IMG/VR virus record: IMGVR_UViG_3300045988_127900
Origin: a virus
Strand: one strand, 5' to 3'
DNA length: 33,099 bases
Part shown: positions 1 to 9,416 of the stretch, one piece after another
How positions within the stretch are numbered: the first letter of the stretch is position 1
How the letters are laid out: each line of letters opens with the position of its first letter
Program-made: the position numbers and the translations under genes
The notes under the pieces: generated by a model
Databases searched by the model: none
Seen by the model: only the letters and a program-made list of their open reading frames with translations
What the model was told of the DNA's origin: nothing

Positions 1-55
1 AAAGGAAATATTGTACTCATTATAAGCTCACCAACTTACTTACAACAGCAAATTT
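1..55. repeat. Terminal overlap; nt 1-55 identical to nt 33045-33099, closing a 33,044-bp circular unit
   Basis: Both ends read AAAGGAAATATTGTACTCATTATAAGCTCACCAACTTACTTACAACAGCAAATTT. The overlap carries the stop of ORF 20-346 and the ATG of ORF 32636-33064 in a normal TAATG gene junction. Confidence 0.95.
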
Positions 56-346
56 ATCACCTATCTTAAACATTATTACTGTGTCCTCTTCCTCAAAGGT
101 ATCTATGAACGGATTTTTTACTTCATGCCTATGTTCCTGGCTTGTTTCTGTATTAAATGTTTCTATCTGCCTATCAAGAATCCAACTATCTATTAAAATA
201 TCTTCTTTTTCTAATATGACATTATTTACCTCTATTTTTAAATCTGGTAATTTACTTTTAATTTCCCCAATAAAAAAAGAAGGTTCATTGTAATGTTTTC
301 CTTCCTCTCTTATTATTCCTATAAATTCATTTATTGGATTAGCCAC
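20..346 (-). CDS. Baseplate-module protein, XkdR-like (DUF2577-type)
   Basis: 108 aa. Lies between the XkdQ-like and XkdS-like genes in PBSX order. Start is tightly packed against the upstream gene. Confidence 0.55.
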   Translation of the reverse strand: MANPINEFIGIIREEGKHYNEPSFFIGEIKSKLPDLKIEVNNVILEKEDILIDSWILDRQIETFNTETSQEHRHEVKNPFIDTFEEEDTVIMFKIGDKFAVVSKLVSL

Positions 347-361
347 TATATCACCACCTTT

Positions 362-2104
362 TTATAAATACCTTCTAGCTGTTACATAATTTTTAGCGTA
401 ATAACTACCACTTAACTTACTTATTTTTACAACATCACCAGTATGTGGAGAATGAATAAATTCGCCACTTCCAATAAACATGCCAACGTGGTCTATTGCT
501 CCATTTGCTCCTTTACTAGAAAAGAAAACTAAATCTCCTAGTTGTAAACTTCCTTTACTTACTGCTTTACCTGCCTTTCCCTGGTCTCTTGATACTCTAG
601 GAATGTTTATACCTATCTTTTTGTAACACCATTGAGTGAATCCACTACAATCAAAAGTATTTGGACCAGTAGCTCCCCAAACATACTTACAGCCTAGCTT
701 GCTTTTTGCTATACTTATCAATTCTTTAGCTTTTCCTGTTGCATTTGTATAGCCTGTGCCATCTCCAATTATTATTGTTCCTTTTCTTCTTCCAAAATCA
801 TTACATTCTTTTTCACTAGACATTAATATATCTATTCTATACACTCCGTTTTTTAAGCCAATCGCTCCTCCTCTGTCTGTTACTGTATAAGTTTTACCAT
901 CAATTTTAGTTCCAGGACATTTTGCTTGAATTTTTGTTTTAAATTTAAGTTTACTAGGTGCAGCACAAGTATTGTTTGAAGGTACAAGTCTTTTACCATC
1001 CATAGCTTGATAATAACCACCCTCCATAGGGTTATTAGACGGATAATAAGCTGTAAATTCTGCTTTTACTTCTCTTCCATTTAGTGTACCTTCTCCATTC
1101 AAATCTGAACTTTCTTCCTTCTGTTCGTCCTGTCCTGCTGTCTTTTCATCCATGATATTTTGAAAATTTAAATCTAAATCTATCTCATAATTTCCGTTAC
1201 TGTCCCAATTATGTTTATCTGTGTCTATATAAAATAGCCCTGTAAGACCTGTGTAACTATCCTTAACTTTTACACCTCTGCCAGTTATACAAGTCACGTC
1301 ACCATACCCTTTCAAACTGCAAGTCTGTTCTATTCCCTTGAACTCACTTTCAATATCTACAGTACTATTTTCTTGTTGCTGTATAACCTTTTGCATTATT
1401 ACTCCAACATCTTTAAAAATTTTATCGTCTATCTTTTCACTTATTTTATTTCCATACTGGTCTACAACTAATACCTTGTTTTTTACATTCTCCATACTCT
1501 CTGAAAAGCTCGTGTTAATAAGATTAGACCCTTCTTCAAACATAACATTTAGTGTAATAATCCCTTTTTCAATAACATTAAATTTATCTAAATTAGACTC
1601 TATCATATACTTTTTCTTCGTTGTCTTACTAGCTTCTGTATATGCACTCATTATAGTATCATAGCCAGTTACACCAATAAACATCTTAGTGTATTTAACA
1701 TTAGTTTTAGGTATATTTCCTATTGCAAGTTTATTGTCATTAAATACCTGTTTTGCAATATCTTCAACTAATTTATCTTTAAAGTTATATGACACTTCAC
1801 TCTGTGTTAACAAGAATCCCATATCTTTAGATACAAAACTAATACTATTGTTGCTAGAGTCTTTAGACCTATTAATTATCATTCCTCTATAGAGTTCTTT
1901 ATCATCCACATAAAAACAAACTGTACTAGCTATAGGTATATCTATCTTTCTAAAATTAATATCAGAAGCTGACTGTACTATAGAAAATTCTAATGTCCTT
2001 GATGGTGACTTATAATCACCACTCCATGTAACTTTTTCTACTATATCAGTTATATCATAGATATTGCCATTTTTTATGTGTACTTTTAACTTTATATTGT
2101 TAAT
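362..2104 (-). CDS. XkdQ-like tail/baseplate hub protein fused to a 3D domain and a C-terminal NlpC/P60 endopeptidase (tail-associated lysin)
   Basis: The frame stays open upstream of the tracked GTG (1909) to a TGA at 2111-2113 and encodes VTWSGDYKSPSRTLEF, an XkdQ-like N-terminus. Central FTAYYPSNNPMEGG...TVTDRGGAI looks like a 3D domain. C-terminal CKYVWGATGPNTFDCSGF...IDHVGMFIG is NlpC/P60 Cys-His. GGAGGTGA RBS at 2112-2119. Start codon uncertain (ATT 2102-2104 or ATA 2105-2107). Confidence 0.75.
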   Translation of the reverse strand: MNNIKLKVHIKNGNIYDITDIVEKVTWSGDYKSPSRTLEFSIVQSASDINFRKIDIPIASTVCFYVDDKELYRGMIINRSKDSSNNSISFVSKDMGFLLTQSEVSYNFKDKLVEDIAKQVFNDNKLAIGNIPKTNVKYTKMFIGVTGYDTIMSAYTEASKTTKKKYMIESNLDKFNVIEKGIITLNVMFEEGSNLINTSFSESMENVKNKVLVVDQYGNKISEKIDDKIFKDVGVIMQKVIQQQENSTVDIESEFKGIEQTCSLKGYGDVTCITGRGVKVKDSYTGLTGLFYIDTDKHNWDSNGNYEIDLDLNFQNIMDEKTAGQDEQKEESSDLNGEGTLNGREVKAEFTAYYPSNNPMEGGYYQAMDGKRLVPSNNTCAAPSKLKFKTKIQAKCPGTKIDGKTYTVTDRGGAIGLKNGVYRIDILMSSEKECNDFGRRKGTIIIGDGTGYTNATGKAKELISIAKSKLGCKYVWGATGPNTFDCSGFTQWCYKKIGINIPRVSRDQGKAGKAVSKGSLQLGDLVFFSSKGANGAIDHVGMFIGSGEFIHSPHTGDVVKISKLSGSYYAKNYVTARRYL

Positions 2105-2121
2105 TATAAATCACCTCCAGC

Positions 2122-2760
2122 CTATGGAATTACCAATACCCAACCATCTTGGATGATGTCAGGATTTTTAATTAATTTTTTATTTGCATCATAAATCTTC
2201 TTCCACAAATCCCCATTACCATAATATTTTTTTGCCAAACTCCAAAGGCTGTCACCTTTACTTACCTTATGAGTTCTTTGTTTCTTAACCTCAAATCCTT
2301 TTGTCAGTGGCACATCTTTTACAGAAGATAACTTTTCATCATTATTAGTATTTACTTTAGGTATCTGAATTCTTTTATATTCTTTTAAACTCAATGTAAA
2401 GTAAACATCGTTTGTACCATCCTGCTTGCCATGTTTGAAGCTTTCAATAATAACCTCCATATTCACATCAGTTTCAGTTATTATATACCTTAAAATTAAC
2501 CCCTGCTCCATCCACTTTTTCAATTTATTTACACAATCATATGGTTGTGGAAAATCTTTATAATTGCAAAAATGATATTGTTCACCTGGAAAAAAACTGT
2601 TTATCTCTGTTGTTCTAAGTCCCATACCCCCACAAACAATTACTTCTCCAAGTTTCAACACATTTGTTGTACTTGTATTTATATTTCCGCTTATTTCAAA
2701 AGAGGTCGGAAGTATAGGGAATCTAAAAGAATCATTCGATTGTCTAAGCCACATTTCCAT
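2122..2760 (-). CDS. LysM-domain tail protein, XkdP-like
   Basis: C-terminal LysM motif HKVSKGDSLWSLAKKYYGNGDLWKKIYDAN...GWVLVIP. Lies directly downstream of the tape measure gene. Confidence 0.8.
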   Translation of the reverse strand: MEMWLRQSNDSFRFPILPTSFEISGNINTSTTNVLKLGEVIVCGGMGLRTTEINSFFPGEQYHFCNYKDFPQPYDCVNKLKKWMEQGLILRYIITETDVNMEVIIESFKHGKQDGTNDVYFTLSLKEYKRIQIPKVNTNNDEKLSSVKDVPLTKGFEVKKQRTHKVSKGDSLWSLAKKYYGNGDLWKKIYDANKKLIKNPDIIQDGWVLVIP

Positions 2761-4514
2761 TAAACAACACCGCCCATTTTCGCCATTTGTATTTTTTTTA
2801 TTAAGCTTGATGTTATTCTTTCAATGTCAGCATCTTCTCTTATTACTATTTGTTCAGCAATTTTAGGAATTGTTATATTATAATTTGTGTTTTCTCCTTG
2901 CACTTGTCTAAAATTTGGAATACTTTTATTAATCATAGACTTACTTTCTGCATTTGTAAAAACCTTGCTACCACGTGGCATAGATACAAGTTCGGGTCCA
3001 TGTTCGCCTACGACAGAAAGTCCGCCCGACCAATATTTCGTTCCAGTTGCATTTCCAGCCAGTTTTCCAGCAACCCAACTAACTCCATCACTAATGCCTT
3101 TTGTTGCACCTATTATTCCATTGACTAATGGTTTTATGAAATCAGACGCTTTTTTAACTATTTTCATAACACTATCAAAAACATTTTTAAAAATCTTACC
3201 CATAGATTTTAAAGTACTTCCAACATTTAAAAAAATTGGCGCTAACTTAGAAATTAAAGAACTTACAACAGGAGCTACAGTTTTAACAGCAGAAGCAATC
3301 CCTGACAATGCAGAAGAAGCAACAGAAAGCAATCCTATAAAAACAGGGCTTAAAGCTCCTATAACTTGACCAATTATTGGGGCAACAGTTGATACAATCG
3401 AAGATACAGCTCCAAAAGCTGTTTGAAAAATTGGAGCTAAAGTTGGCATTTGTTGCTGTATCCATCCAATCGCCATACCTATTCCACTTGTTATTTTTGT
3501 ACCTACCTCTAATATCTTAGGACTAGCTTGGTCTATAAATCCAATTAAGCCAGTCATAACCGGTTTGAGAGGTTCTAACATGCCAAGCCCAATGTCTGCG
3601 ATATTAGACTTTAACTTACCCATTATCGTAGAAAGAAGTCCCGAACCACTTTCAGCGAGCTTATTTGCTCCTCCTGCATACATTGTTTCAAGTTTCTTTT
3701 GTACTTCCTTTGGGTCGTCTGTACTGCTTGCCTTAACTCCAAACTCCGTAAGTCTTGCCATTTCTCCAATGTTCATGTCCGCAAGTGCTTCCATAGCATC
3801 TCCAACGGTCTTGCCTGGATTTAGCGCCGCCATGTCCTCTGCTAGTTTAACCATCTGCATAGCATCTTTTGTATTTCCACCCGCTATTTGCAAAGAACGA
3901 GTTCCTGCTGATATAACTTCTCCAGTTTCAAATGGTGTCGCATTTGCATTATTTCTTAAATCTTTTAAATAGCTTGCGCTCATTCCATCAAGCTCTTTGC
4001 TAGACTTTCCTTTGTTTCCAACTCCCATGAAATGACGCATACTTATTTGTTGTTGCTCTAGTTCCATACCACTTTTAACAGCCATACCCGCAGCGCCAAC
4101 TGCAGCACCAACTGGAACTATAGTTGATAAACTAGTAAGCCGATTTTTTATTTTATCAATCATTCCTTTTGTTTCATCTTTAAGTTTTACGACAGGTCTT
4201 GCAATAAATTTTCCAAAAGATTTTACGTTCGATTTTATTCTTTCTATCTTTTCAGTTGCTAAATCTTTTATAACAACAGCTTTTACGAGTTTAGTACGAA
4301 GAGGTGCAAATTTTCGCCTTAAATCTTGTATAGTCCTGTGTGCAGGAGTTGCATCCATCCTTATGCGCATGCGCTCTCTACTTGCCGAACGCATCTCGTT
4401 ACGTGTCCGTCTAACCTCGTTTTGAAATTGTTTTTGCTCTCTTCTAATCCCCCTCATGGTAGCACTCATATTGTCTTTTAGAGATATAACTGCACCTATA
4501 TGCCTTCTAGCCAT
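2760..4514 (-). CDS. Tail tape measure protein
   Basis: 584 aa. Helical N-terminus, long Gly/Ala/Ile-rich hydrophobic central region. Lies after the chaperone pair. Confidence 0.85.
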   Translation of the reverse strand: MARRHIGAVISLKDNMSATMRGIRREQKQFQNEVRRTRNEMRSASRERMRIRMDATPAHRTIQDLRRKFAPLRTKLVKAVVIKDLATEKIERIKSNVKSFGKFIARPVVKLKDETKGMIDKIKNRLTSLSTIVPVGAAVGAAGMAVKSGMELEQQQISMRHFMGVGNKGKSSKELDGMSASYLKDLRNNANATPFETGEVISAGTRSLQIAGGNTKDAMQMVKLAEDMAALNPGKTVGDAMEALADMNIGEMARLTEFGVKASSTDDPKEVQKKLETMYAGGANKLAESGSGLLSTIMGKLKSNIADIGLGMLEPLKPVMTGLIGFIDQASPKILEVGTKITSGIGMAIGWIQQQMPTLAPIFQTAFGAVSSIVSTVAPIIGQVIGALSPVFIGLLSVASSALSGIASAVKTVAPVVSSLISKLAPIFLNVGSTLKSMGKIFKNVFDSVMKIVKKASDFIKPLVNGIIGATKGISDGVSWVAGKLAGNATGTKYWSGGLSVVGEHGPELVSMPRGSKVFTNAESKSMINKSIPNFRQVQGENTNYNITIPKIAEQIVIREDADIERITSSLIKKIQMAKMGGVV

Positions 4515-4680
4515 TTTTTACACCTCCAAACATAGCACCTATTAGCTCAGAAATAAGTTTTATTTTTTCTTCTTCTTCATATAGCATACAAGCGATGTGA
4601 AAATTTTTTTCTATCATATTTAAATTAGTTAATTTATCTAAATCGACACCTTTTTCTAGATAATGACTAATCATTTGCAT
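4507..4680 (-). CDS. Downstream (-1 frame) segment of the tail assembly chaperone pair (gpT-like part)
   Basis: Not in the track (57 aa, MQMISHYLEKGVDLDKL...GGVKNG). The -1 frame is open from 4713 onward. Reached by slippage at A_AAA_AAC (4701-4707). Overlaps the tape-measure ATG. Confidence 0.6.
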   Translation of the reverse strand: MQMISHYLEKGVDLDKLTNLNMIEKNFHIACMLYEEEEKIKLISELIGAMFGGVKNG

Positions 4681-4697
4681 TTCCACATCGCTTTTAA

Positions 4698-5081
4698 TTA
4701 GTTTTTTAAGTCTTCAATTTCCTCTACAACCCCAAACCCTGCAAACTTTGTTGCAATCTTGACAATATCAGTAATTTCACCTGCTTCAAATAATACATCG
4801 ACTATATCAAGTGGGTTATCTTTACATCCAAATTCAGCATGCAATTTTTCGCTCTTTAAATTCGGACTTTTAACAATTTCATATACAAAATATTTATCTC
4901 CTTCGACTGCGTCTTCCATTTCTATTGCATCAAGACACAACATCCTGTCCGGCTTTGAAATCTCTATATTTCCATCAAGCGAAGGAATATATAATTGCTT
5001 GGTTTCTTCACTTTTCTTTGCAAAATATTCTTTTCTTCTTAAAATATCCTCTATTGTTACCATTTCTTTTTTATTATCCAT
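4698..5081 (-). CDS. Tail assembly chaperone, XkdN-like (gpG equivalent)
   Basis: 127 aa, acidic. Lies between the tube and tape measure genes. Slippery site at its 3' end. Confidence 0.75.
   Translation of the reverse strand: MDNKKEMVTIEDILRRKEYFAKKSEETKQLYIPSLDGNIEISKPDRMLCLDAIEMEDAVEGDKYFVYEIVKSPNLKSEKLHAEFGCKDNPLDIVDVLFEAGEITDIVKIATKFAGFGVVEEIEDLKN
4701..4707 (-). promoter_or_regulatory. Programmed -1 ribosomal frameshift slippery heptamer A_AAA_AAC
   Basis: The minus strand reads GAC TTA AAA AAC TAA. The heptamer sits immediately before the stop of the 127-aa chaperone ORF, and the -1 frame is open for 60+ codons beyond it. Confidence 0.65.
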
Positions 5082-5127
5082 TTTAAAATCCTCCTATTAT
5101 ATAAAAAAGGATAGTAAAAACTATCCT

Positions 5128-5577
5128 TTAAATTTCGTCTATTTCGTCCATCACGTCTGAATCGTTTGGTGTAAATCCAAAGCTTAGCTCTTCTTCGATT
5201 TTTCCGCCCTTTTCAAACTGTGATAAAGCTAGTTCATTAAACCACACGTTGTTAATTGTGACTGTTTCTGCTTGTTTCCCAGGTGTGCTAGGGTCTTTCA
5301 CCTTACTTGTAAGTGTGCTTCGTGGGTCTTCTCCATTTTTCCAAGCTTCCAATAATTTTTTCTTCCCCCTGGAATACACTTTTCCAAGTTTTACAGTCCC
5401 TTCGCCGCTTAGCGATGTTATTTTAGAATCTTTACTCATTCCAAACTGAATCTCTTCTCTATTTGCTGTAACTTTAGCTTCAAAACTAAGCACCTCAGCA
5501 ATTAAAGTTCCATCCCACCAAAGCTTTCCCCATGTGCCGGAAATTTGACTACTTCCTACGATATTTTCTTTGCCCAT
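5128..5577 (-). CDS. Tail tube protein, XkdM-like
   Basis: 149 aa. Directly downstream of the sheath gene. ISGTWGKLWWDGTLIAEVLSFEAKV matches the XkdM-type N-terminus. Confidence 0.8.
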   Translation of the reverse strand: MGKENIVGSSQISGTWGKLWWDGTLIAEVLSFEAKVTANREEIQFGMSKDSKITSLSGEGTVKLGKVYSRGKKKLLEAWKNGEDPRSTLTSKVKDPSTPGKQAETVTINNVWFNELALSQFEKGGKIEEELSFGFTPNDSDVMDEIDEI

Positions 5578-5590
5578 CTATTCACCTTCT

Positions 5591-6658
5591 TTACATATAT
5601 ATTTTAAATTTCAAGTCTTCCATAGCATCAGTAACAGTGATGTTTCCTTCTATAAAAACATAAGAACCTGTATTAGCTTCTTTTATTTGCTGTTCAGTCA
5701 TTTCGCTATAATCAATGCCTTTTTCTTTTAGATATTTTTTATGCGCTTCTATATCTATCTGTGCATAAGCTTCTTGGCTGTTGTCAAGTACTTCATCACG
5801 TTGCAACTCTTTAAAATAATTGTTTACAGCAGATAAAAACAATATTTTATTATCATATTTATTAGTTACTTTACCAACATAATTTTCGTTCCAGGTTTGA
5901 AGAATATCATCTTGTATCATATCAATAGCTTCAACTATTTTTATTTTCTTCAAGTCTTCTGTATCCTCTTTGCTTAAAGTTATTAATGAGTTTACGCCCC
6001 TAGCTATCCTTATCCCATTATTATTTATTAAAATTAGTTTTCCTTCGTCTACAGCTTCGTCAGGATTTTCAGTAGGTTCTATCTCTGTAACTTCATCTAA
6101 AACAAAATATGTGCAGCTCTCTGAAAGCGATATGCCCGCCAAAATGCCTGCGACTCTAGCTGTGTATTCTGCTGTTGTATAAACTTTTTCGCCAACTTTT
6201 ATTCCTGTTGTCGAGAAGTTTATAATTGCCTTCTCGTTAGCATTAGTAACGCTTGGCAACACAGCTTTGTATATCTCTTTTTCCCTTCTAGCTGTTTTTA
6301 TCCAATTAACTATTTTAGTTTTGTCAACTTCTTCACTTATAAAAGGAATAGCTAAATAGTTAAATTTATTCTCCCTTAAAGCTTTCAAAGCATCGTCTAA
6401 AGACCTTTCAGAATCAACTGAATCATTAATAACTTCAATAATAACCTTGCTAGGTTTTCCTAAAAATGCAAGCCTTATATAATCATAATTTTCTTTTGTA
6501 AATTCAGTTTCATTTATATCCGTTAAAAAATCGATAGAATAAGATTTCTTTATAGCTGTTGAATCTTTAAGTATTAAAGCTACAATACCTCTTCGACTTC
6601 TAAATTTAACAGTCCTTGAACGTCTTTGAAACTCAATTATCGCACTTGGTAATCCCAA
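5591..6658 (-). CDS. Contractile tail sheath protein, XkdK-like
   Basis: 355 aa. TTG start 7 nt after GGAGG. Position and size fit a sheath upstream of the tube gene. Confidence 0.85.
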   Translation of the reverse strand: MGLPSAIIEFQRRSRTVKFRSRRGIVALILKDSTAIKKSYSIDFLTDINETEFTKENYDYIRLAFLGKPSKVIIEVINDSVDSERSLDDALKALRENKFNYLAIPFISEEVDKTKIVNWIKTARREKEIYKAVLPSVTNANEKAIINFSTTGIKVGEKVYTTAEYTARVAGILAGISLSESCTYFVLDEVTEIEPTENPDEAVDEGKLILINNNGIRIARGVNSLITLSKEDTEDLKKIKIVEAIDMIQDDILQTWNENYVGKVTNKYDNKILFLSAVNNYFKELQRDEVLDNSQEAYAQIDIEAHKKYLKEKGIDYSEMTEQQIKEANTGSYVFIEGNITVTDAMEDLKFKIYM

Positions 6659-6674
6659 AATAAAACCTCCTTTT

Positions 6675-7091
6675 TTAAATATTCATTTCAAGCTCTTTCA
6701 TAAGCTCATATTTACTTTCGTCTTCTTCTATAATTTCAACTACTTGCAAATTAAATTTGTATTGTAAAACATTCTCATATATTTCTACACTTTTTTCTTC
6801 TATAGTCAATTTGCCCCCTTCAATTTCTAAAATACAATCTTGAAATAATATATTAAGCTTATCAATCATTTTTAAATTTTCTAATTCTGTCTTTTCTTTA
6901 GAAAAATAATGTATATTAACAAGTAATGTACTATTTGAAAAACTTGGGTCGCTAGCCATTTCAATAGGAATGATTTGAATAAAAAAAGCAGGTTTTTCAA
7001 ACCCGCTCCTTATTTCATTTGCTACTATTTTTATATTTAAAGACTTAAGCTTTTCAACTATAGCTTTTTTTACAGAAACAATTTTTAACAC
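6675..7091 (-). CDS. Tail completion/terminator-type structural protein (position of XkdJ)
   Basis: 138 aa. Lies between the gp10-like gene and the sheath gene. Call rests on synteny only. Confidence 0.4.
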   Translation of the reverse strand: MLKIVSVKKAIVEKLKSLNIKIVANEIRSGFEKPAFFIQIIPIEMASDPSFSNSTLLVNIHYFSKEKTELENLKMIDKLNILFQDCILEIEGGKLTIEEKSVEIYENVLQYKFNLQVVEIIEEDESKYELMKELEMNI

Positions 7092-7102
7092 TCTTACCCC
7101 CT

Positions 7103-7516
7103 CTAAAGATTAAAAGTTTCATCAACCATTTTTTCTATTCTTTTATCAATTTTCGCTCTCTGATGCTCCATCGTTTGTTGCAACATATGTTTTCCTTCGA
7201 CATAGCCTCCATTTTTTGTTACCCAGCCATTTTCTATTAGATGCGCATGTGGAGAATTATTTTTTAAAACACCTACAAAATTCCCATTTTTAGACTGCGT
7301 TTTAGTTTTCCAATTATCTTTCATGTGCTTAGCTCTTTTGTATTTTTTAGGCTTTTTATCTGACTTCGGAGTTCTTGCAATAGCTTCTCCTTTGCATTTT
7401 CCTAAGCTGATATTCATAAGCTTTTCAGCTTTCTTGGGGTATTCTTTTACAATACGCTTAAATAGTTTATTTGTATAATCATCTAATCCATTCATATTAA
7501 AATCTGTATTACTCAT
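7103..7516 (-). CDS. HK97 gp10-family head-tail joining protein
   Basis: Preferred start is ATG 7514-7516 (MSNTDFNMNGLDDY...). It has an AAGAAGGTG RBS and an ATGAGTAA overlap with the upstream stop. The tracked start at 7561 adds an implausible 15 aa. Confidence 0.7.
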   Translation of the reverse strand: MSNTDFNMNGLDDYTNKLFKRIVKEYPKKAEKLMNISLGKCKGEAIARTPKSDKKPKKYKRAKHMKDNWKTKTQSKNGNFVGVLKNNSPHAHLIENGWVTKNGGYVEGKHMLQQTMEHQRAKIDKRIEKMVDETFNL

Positions 7517-7847
7517 TGTAAACACCTTCTTTATAAAGAATACAATCAATATTTGTTTCATATTTATTTAGCTCTTTTATATTATTTACATGCTTTATAT
7601 CATAGACAACATCATTACAAACTATTCTCATAGCTTCTGTTATATCAGTTCTATATCTTATTTTAAATCTGTAAGAATACTCTATATTTTCTTTATCTAA
7701 CACATAATTATTACTATTTCTAAGCAACGATTTGTTAGCCCAAAGTTTTTTATAAGTAGCCCATCCCTTTGTAACCTCTCCTATGTCGTTTTCAATTTCT
7801 CCATAAATTTGTATATCTATTCTTTGAGTTAATTTTCCAATATCCAT
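7509..7847 (-). CDS. Head-tail adaptor / head closure protein
   Basis: LTQRIDIQ...GEVTKGWATYKKLWANK matches the head-tail joining family pattern. Confidence 0.7.
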   Translation of the reverse strand: MDIGKLTQRIDIQIYGEIENDIGEVTKGWATYKKLWANKSLLRNSNNYVLDKENIEYSYRFKIRYRTDITEAMRIVCNDVVYDIKHVNNIKELNKYETNIDCILYKEGVYNE

Positions 7848-7850
7848 TTT

Positions 7851-8138
7851 TTAATACCTACTACATATAGAAATTTGAGATATTATACTTTCTAAAACAA
7901 ATCTAACTTTTTCGCTATTACTTTCTGTTGCACCTCTTTTTTCATATTGCTCTGCAACATACATTTTTACATACAAACTAACAAGTTCAGATTTGTTAGT
8001 TTCATTAAAAACTTTTCCTGTTCGATTTTCTAAATCCTCCTCTGCTGCTTTAAGAAGAGACAAAAGCAGATTATCATCTTCTTTATAATCTGCCTCTAAT
8101 CTCAAATATTCTTTTATTTCTTCTAATGACACAATCAT
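7851..8138 (-). CDS. gp6-like head-tail connector protein
   Basis: SLEEIKEYLRLEADYKEDDNLLLSLLKAAEEDLENRTG is the typical gp6-like connector N-terminus. Directly downstream of the capsid gene. Confidence 0.75.
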   Translation of the reverse strand: MIVSLEEIKEYLRLEADYKEDDNLLLSLLKAAEEDLENRTGKVFNETNKSELVSLYVKMYVAEQYEKRGATESNSEKVRFVLESIISQISICSRY

Positions 8139-8147
8139 TCAAAACAC

Positions 8148-9416
8148 CTACTTCGCAACTGCACTAGTTTTTTTAACTATCATACCAAAAGCTTTATTAC
8201 TTATAACATTGCCATCAACTAATGAATAAGTTAAATAATCTGTTTTTCTACTTTTTACATGTTCATCTGTATATAAAGTTACATTCTCATTTATATTTAT
8301 CGCATAACCTTTCGATATATTTCCAGCAAGAATCTCGCCATCTGCCATGCTGTCATCCATTTTAACAACCCTGCCAAACATCCTTCCAACTCCGTCACTA
8401 TTTGCAGCGTCAGGGATAAAAATAGGCTTTCCAGTTGTATCTAATATTTCAGCTAATTGTGTCCATATAGTTGTGCTATTAGCATAAATACAAGCTCCAT
8501 TGCTCCATTTCTTTAAAACAGACATCAATTTCGTTATATCTGTATAAGCTATCTTGTCAGTATATTCTATTATTTGTGCCTTACTAACTTCCTTGCTTAA
8601 AGCAGTTTTTATTCCAAGCGGCTGAGGTTTAAAAGAATCACTTTCCCCCGGTTTTCCTTTTCCATCTACAATCGCTTTCGCCAATGCTGCACCCATTTTT
8701 TCAGCCAATAAAGTAGTTATATATGGAACAAATTCATCAATACTCATTTTTTTCAATTTCCACGACACAGTTATATCTTTTGCAAGCTCACAACCTCTTA
8801 AGGTTATTTCCTTTAGCTTATAACCATCCTCTTTAACTTCTGTTTCTTCATCATACCACGCAGCATCATCGCCACCATCTTCTTCTGCTATAATCGTCAA
8901 ATCACCTGCTACAAAAGTTGGAGAAGCATCTCCGAATAACGGATACATGTCACCAATTTCTTTCCATATACCCGAAGCAACAGTTTTAGGGATTAAAATA
9001 GTATTATTTTCGCTTGTTTGAACTTCCGCTCTATATGCTGAGTTAATACTATTAAATATCTCCTGTTCTTCTGAATTTAACTGCTTTCCTAACATATCTT
9101 TAGCCCAAGCATTTTTATATTGTTCTTGTTCATCCTTAACAGTTGTGTCTTCTATACCTTCTATTTTACCTTTGTTATTAGTTAAATTAAAAATAGTAGG
9201 GTCGATTTTGACATCATCCTGCAATGCTTTTAAATTCGCCCTAGCTTTTACATTTCTTTCATATTCCTCATCTAAAGCTTTTATCTTATTAGCTATTTTT
9301 TCAGCTTCTTCCGTCTTTTCTTCTCCTGTTCCTTCTTCTCCAATTTCATCATCAAGTAATTTTTGTGCTTCGTCTATCATTTCTTGTCTTTTCTTAAAAT
9401 ACTCTTCTCTAGTCAT
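8148..9416 (-). CDS. Major capsid protein, HK97 family, with N-terminal scaffold-like delta domain
   Basis: 422 aa. Charged coiled-coil first ~100 aa, then an HK97-like body. Follows the prohead protease gene. Confidence 0.85.
   Translation of the reverse strand: MTREEYFKKRQEMIDEAQKLLDDEIGEEGTGEEKTEEAEKIANKIKALDEEYERNVKARANLKALQDDVKIDPTIFNLTNNKGKIEGIEDTTVKDEQEQYKNAWAKDMLGKQLNSEEQEIFNSINSAYRAEVQTSENNTILIPKTVASGIWKEIGDMYPLFGDASPTFVAGDLTIIAEEDGGDDAAWYDEETEVKEDGYKLKEITLRGCELAKDITVSWKLKKMSIDEFVPYITTLLAEKMGAALAKAIVDGKGKPGESDSFKPQPLGIKTALSKEVSKAQIIEYTDKIAYTDITKLMSVLKKWSNGACIYANSTTIWTQLAEILDTTGKPIFIPDAANSDGVGRMFGRVVKMDDSMADGEILAGNISKGYAININENVTLYTDEHVKSRKTDYLTYSLVDGNVISNKAFGMIVKKTSAVAK

Noticed and set aside
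1-55. The 55-bp terminal repeat as a biological direct terminal repeat of the virion DNA
   Set aside because: An exact overlap of assembler k-mer-like length that falls inside coding sequence at an ordinary gene junction is better explained as the closure artefact of a circular assembly. The likely packaging site is at 13358-13454.
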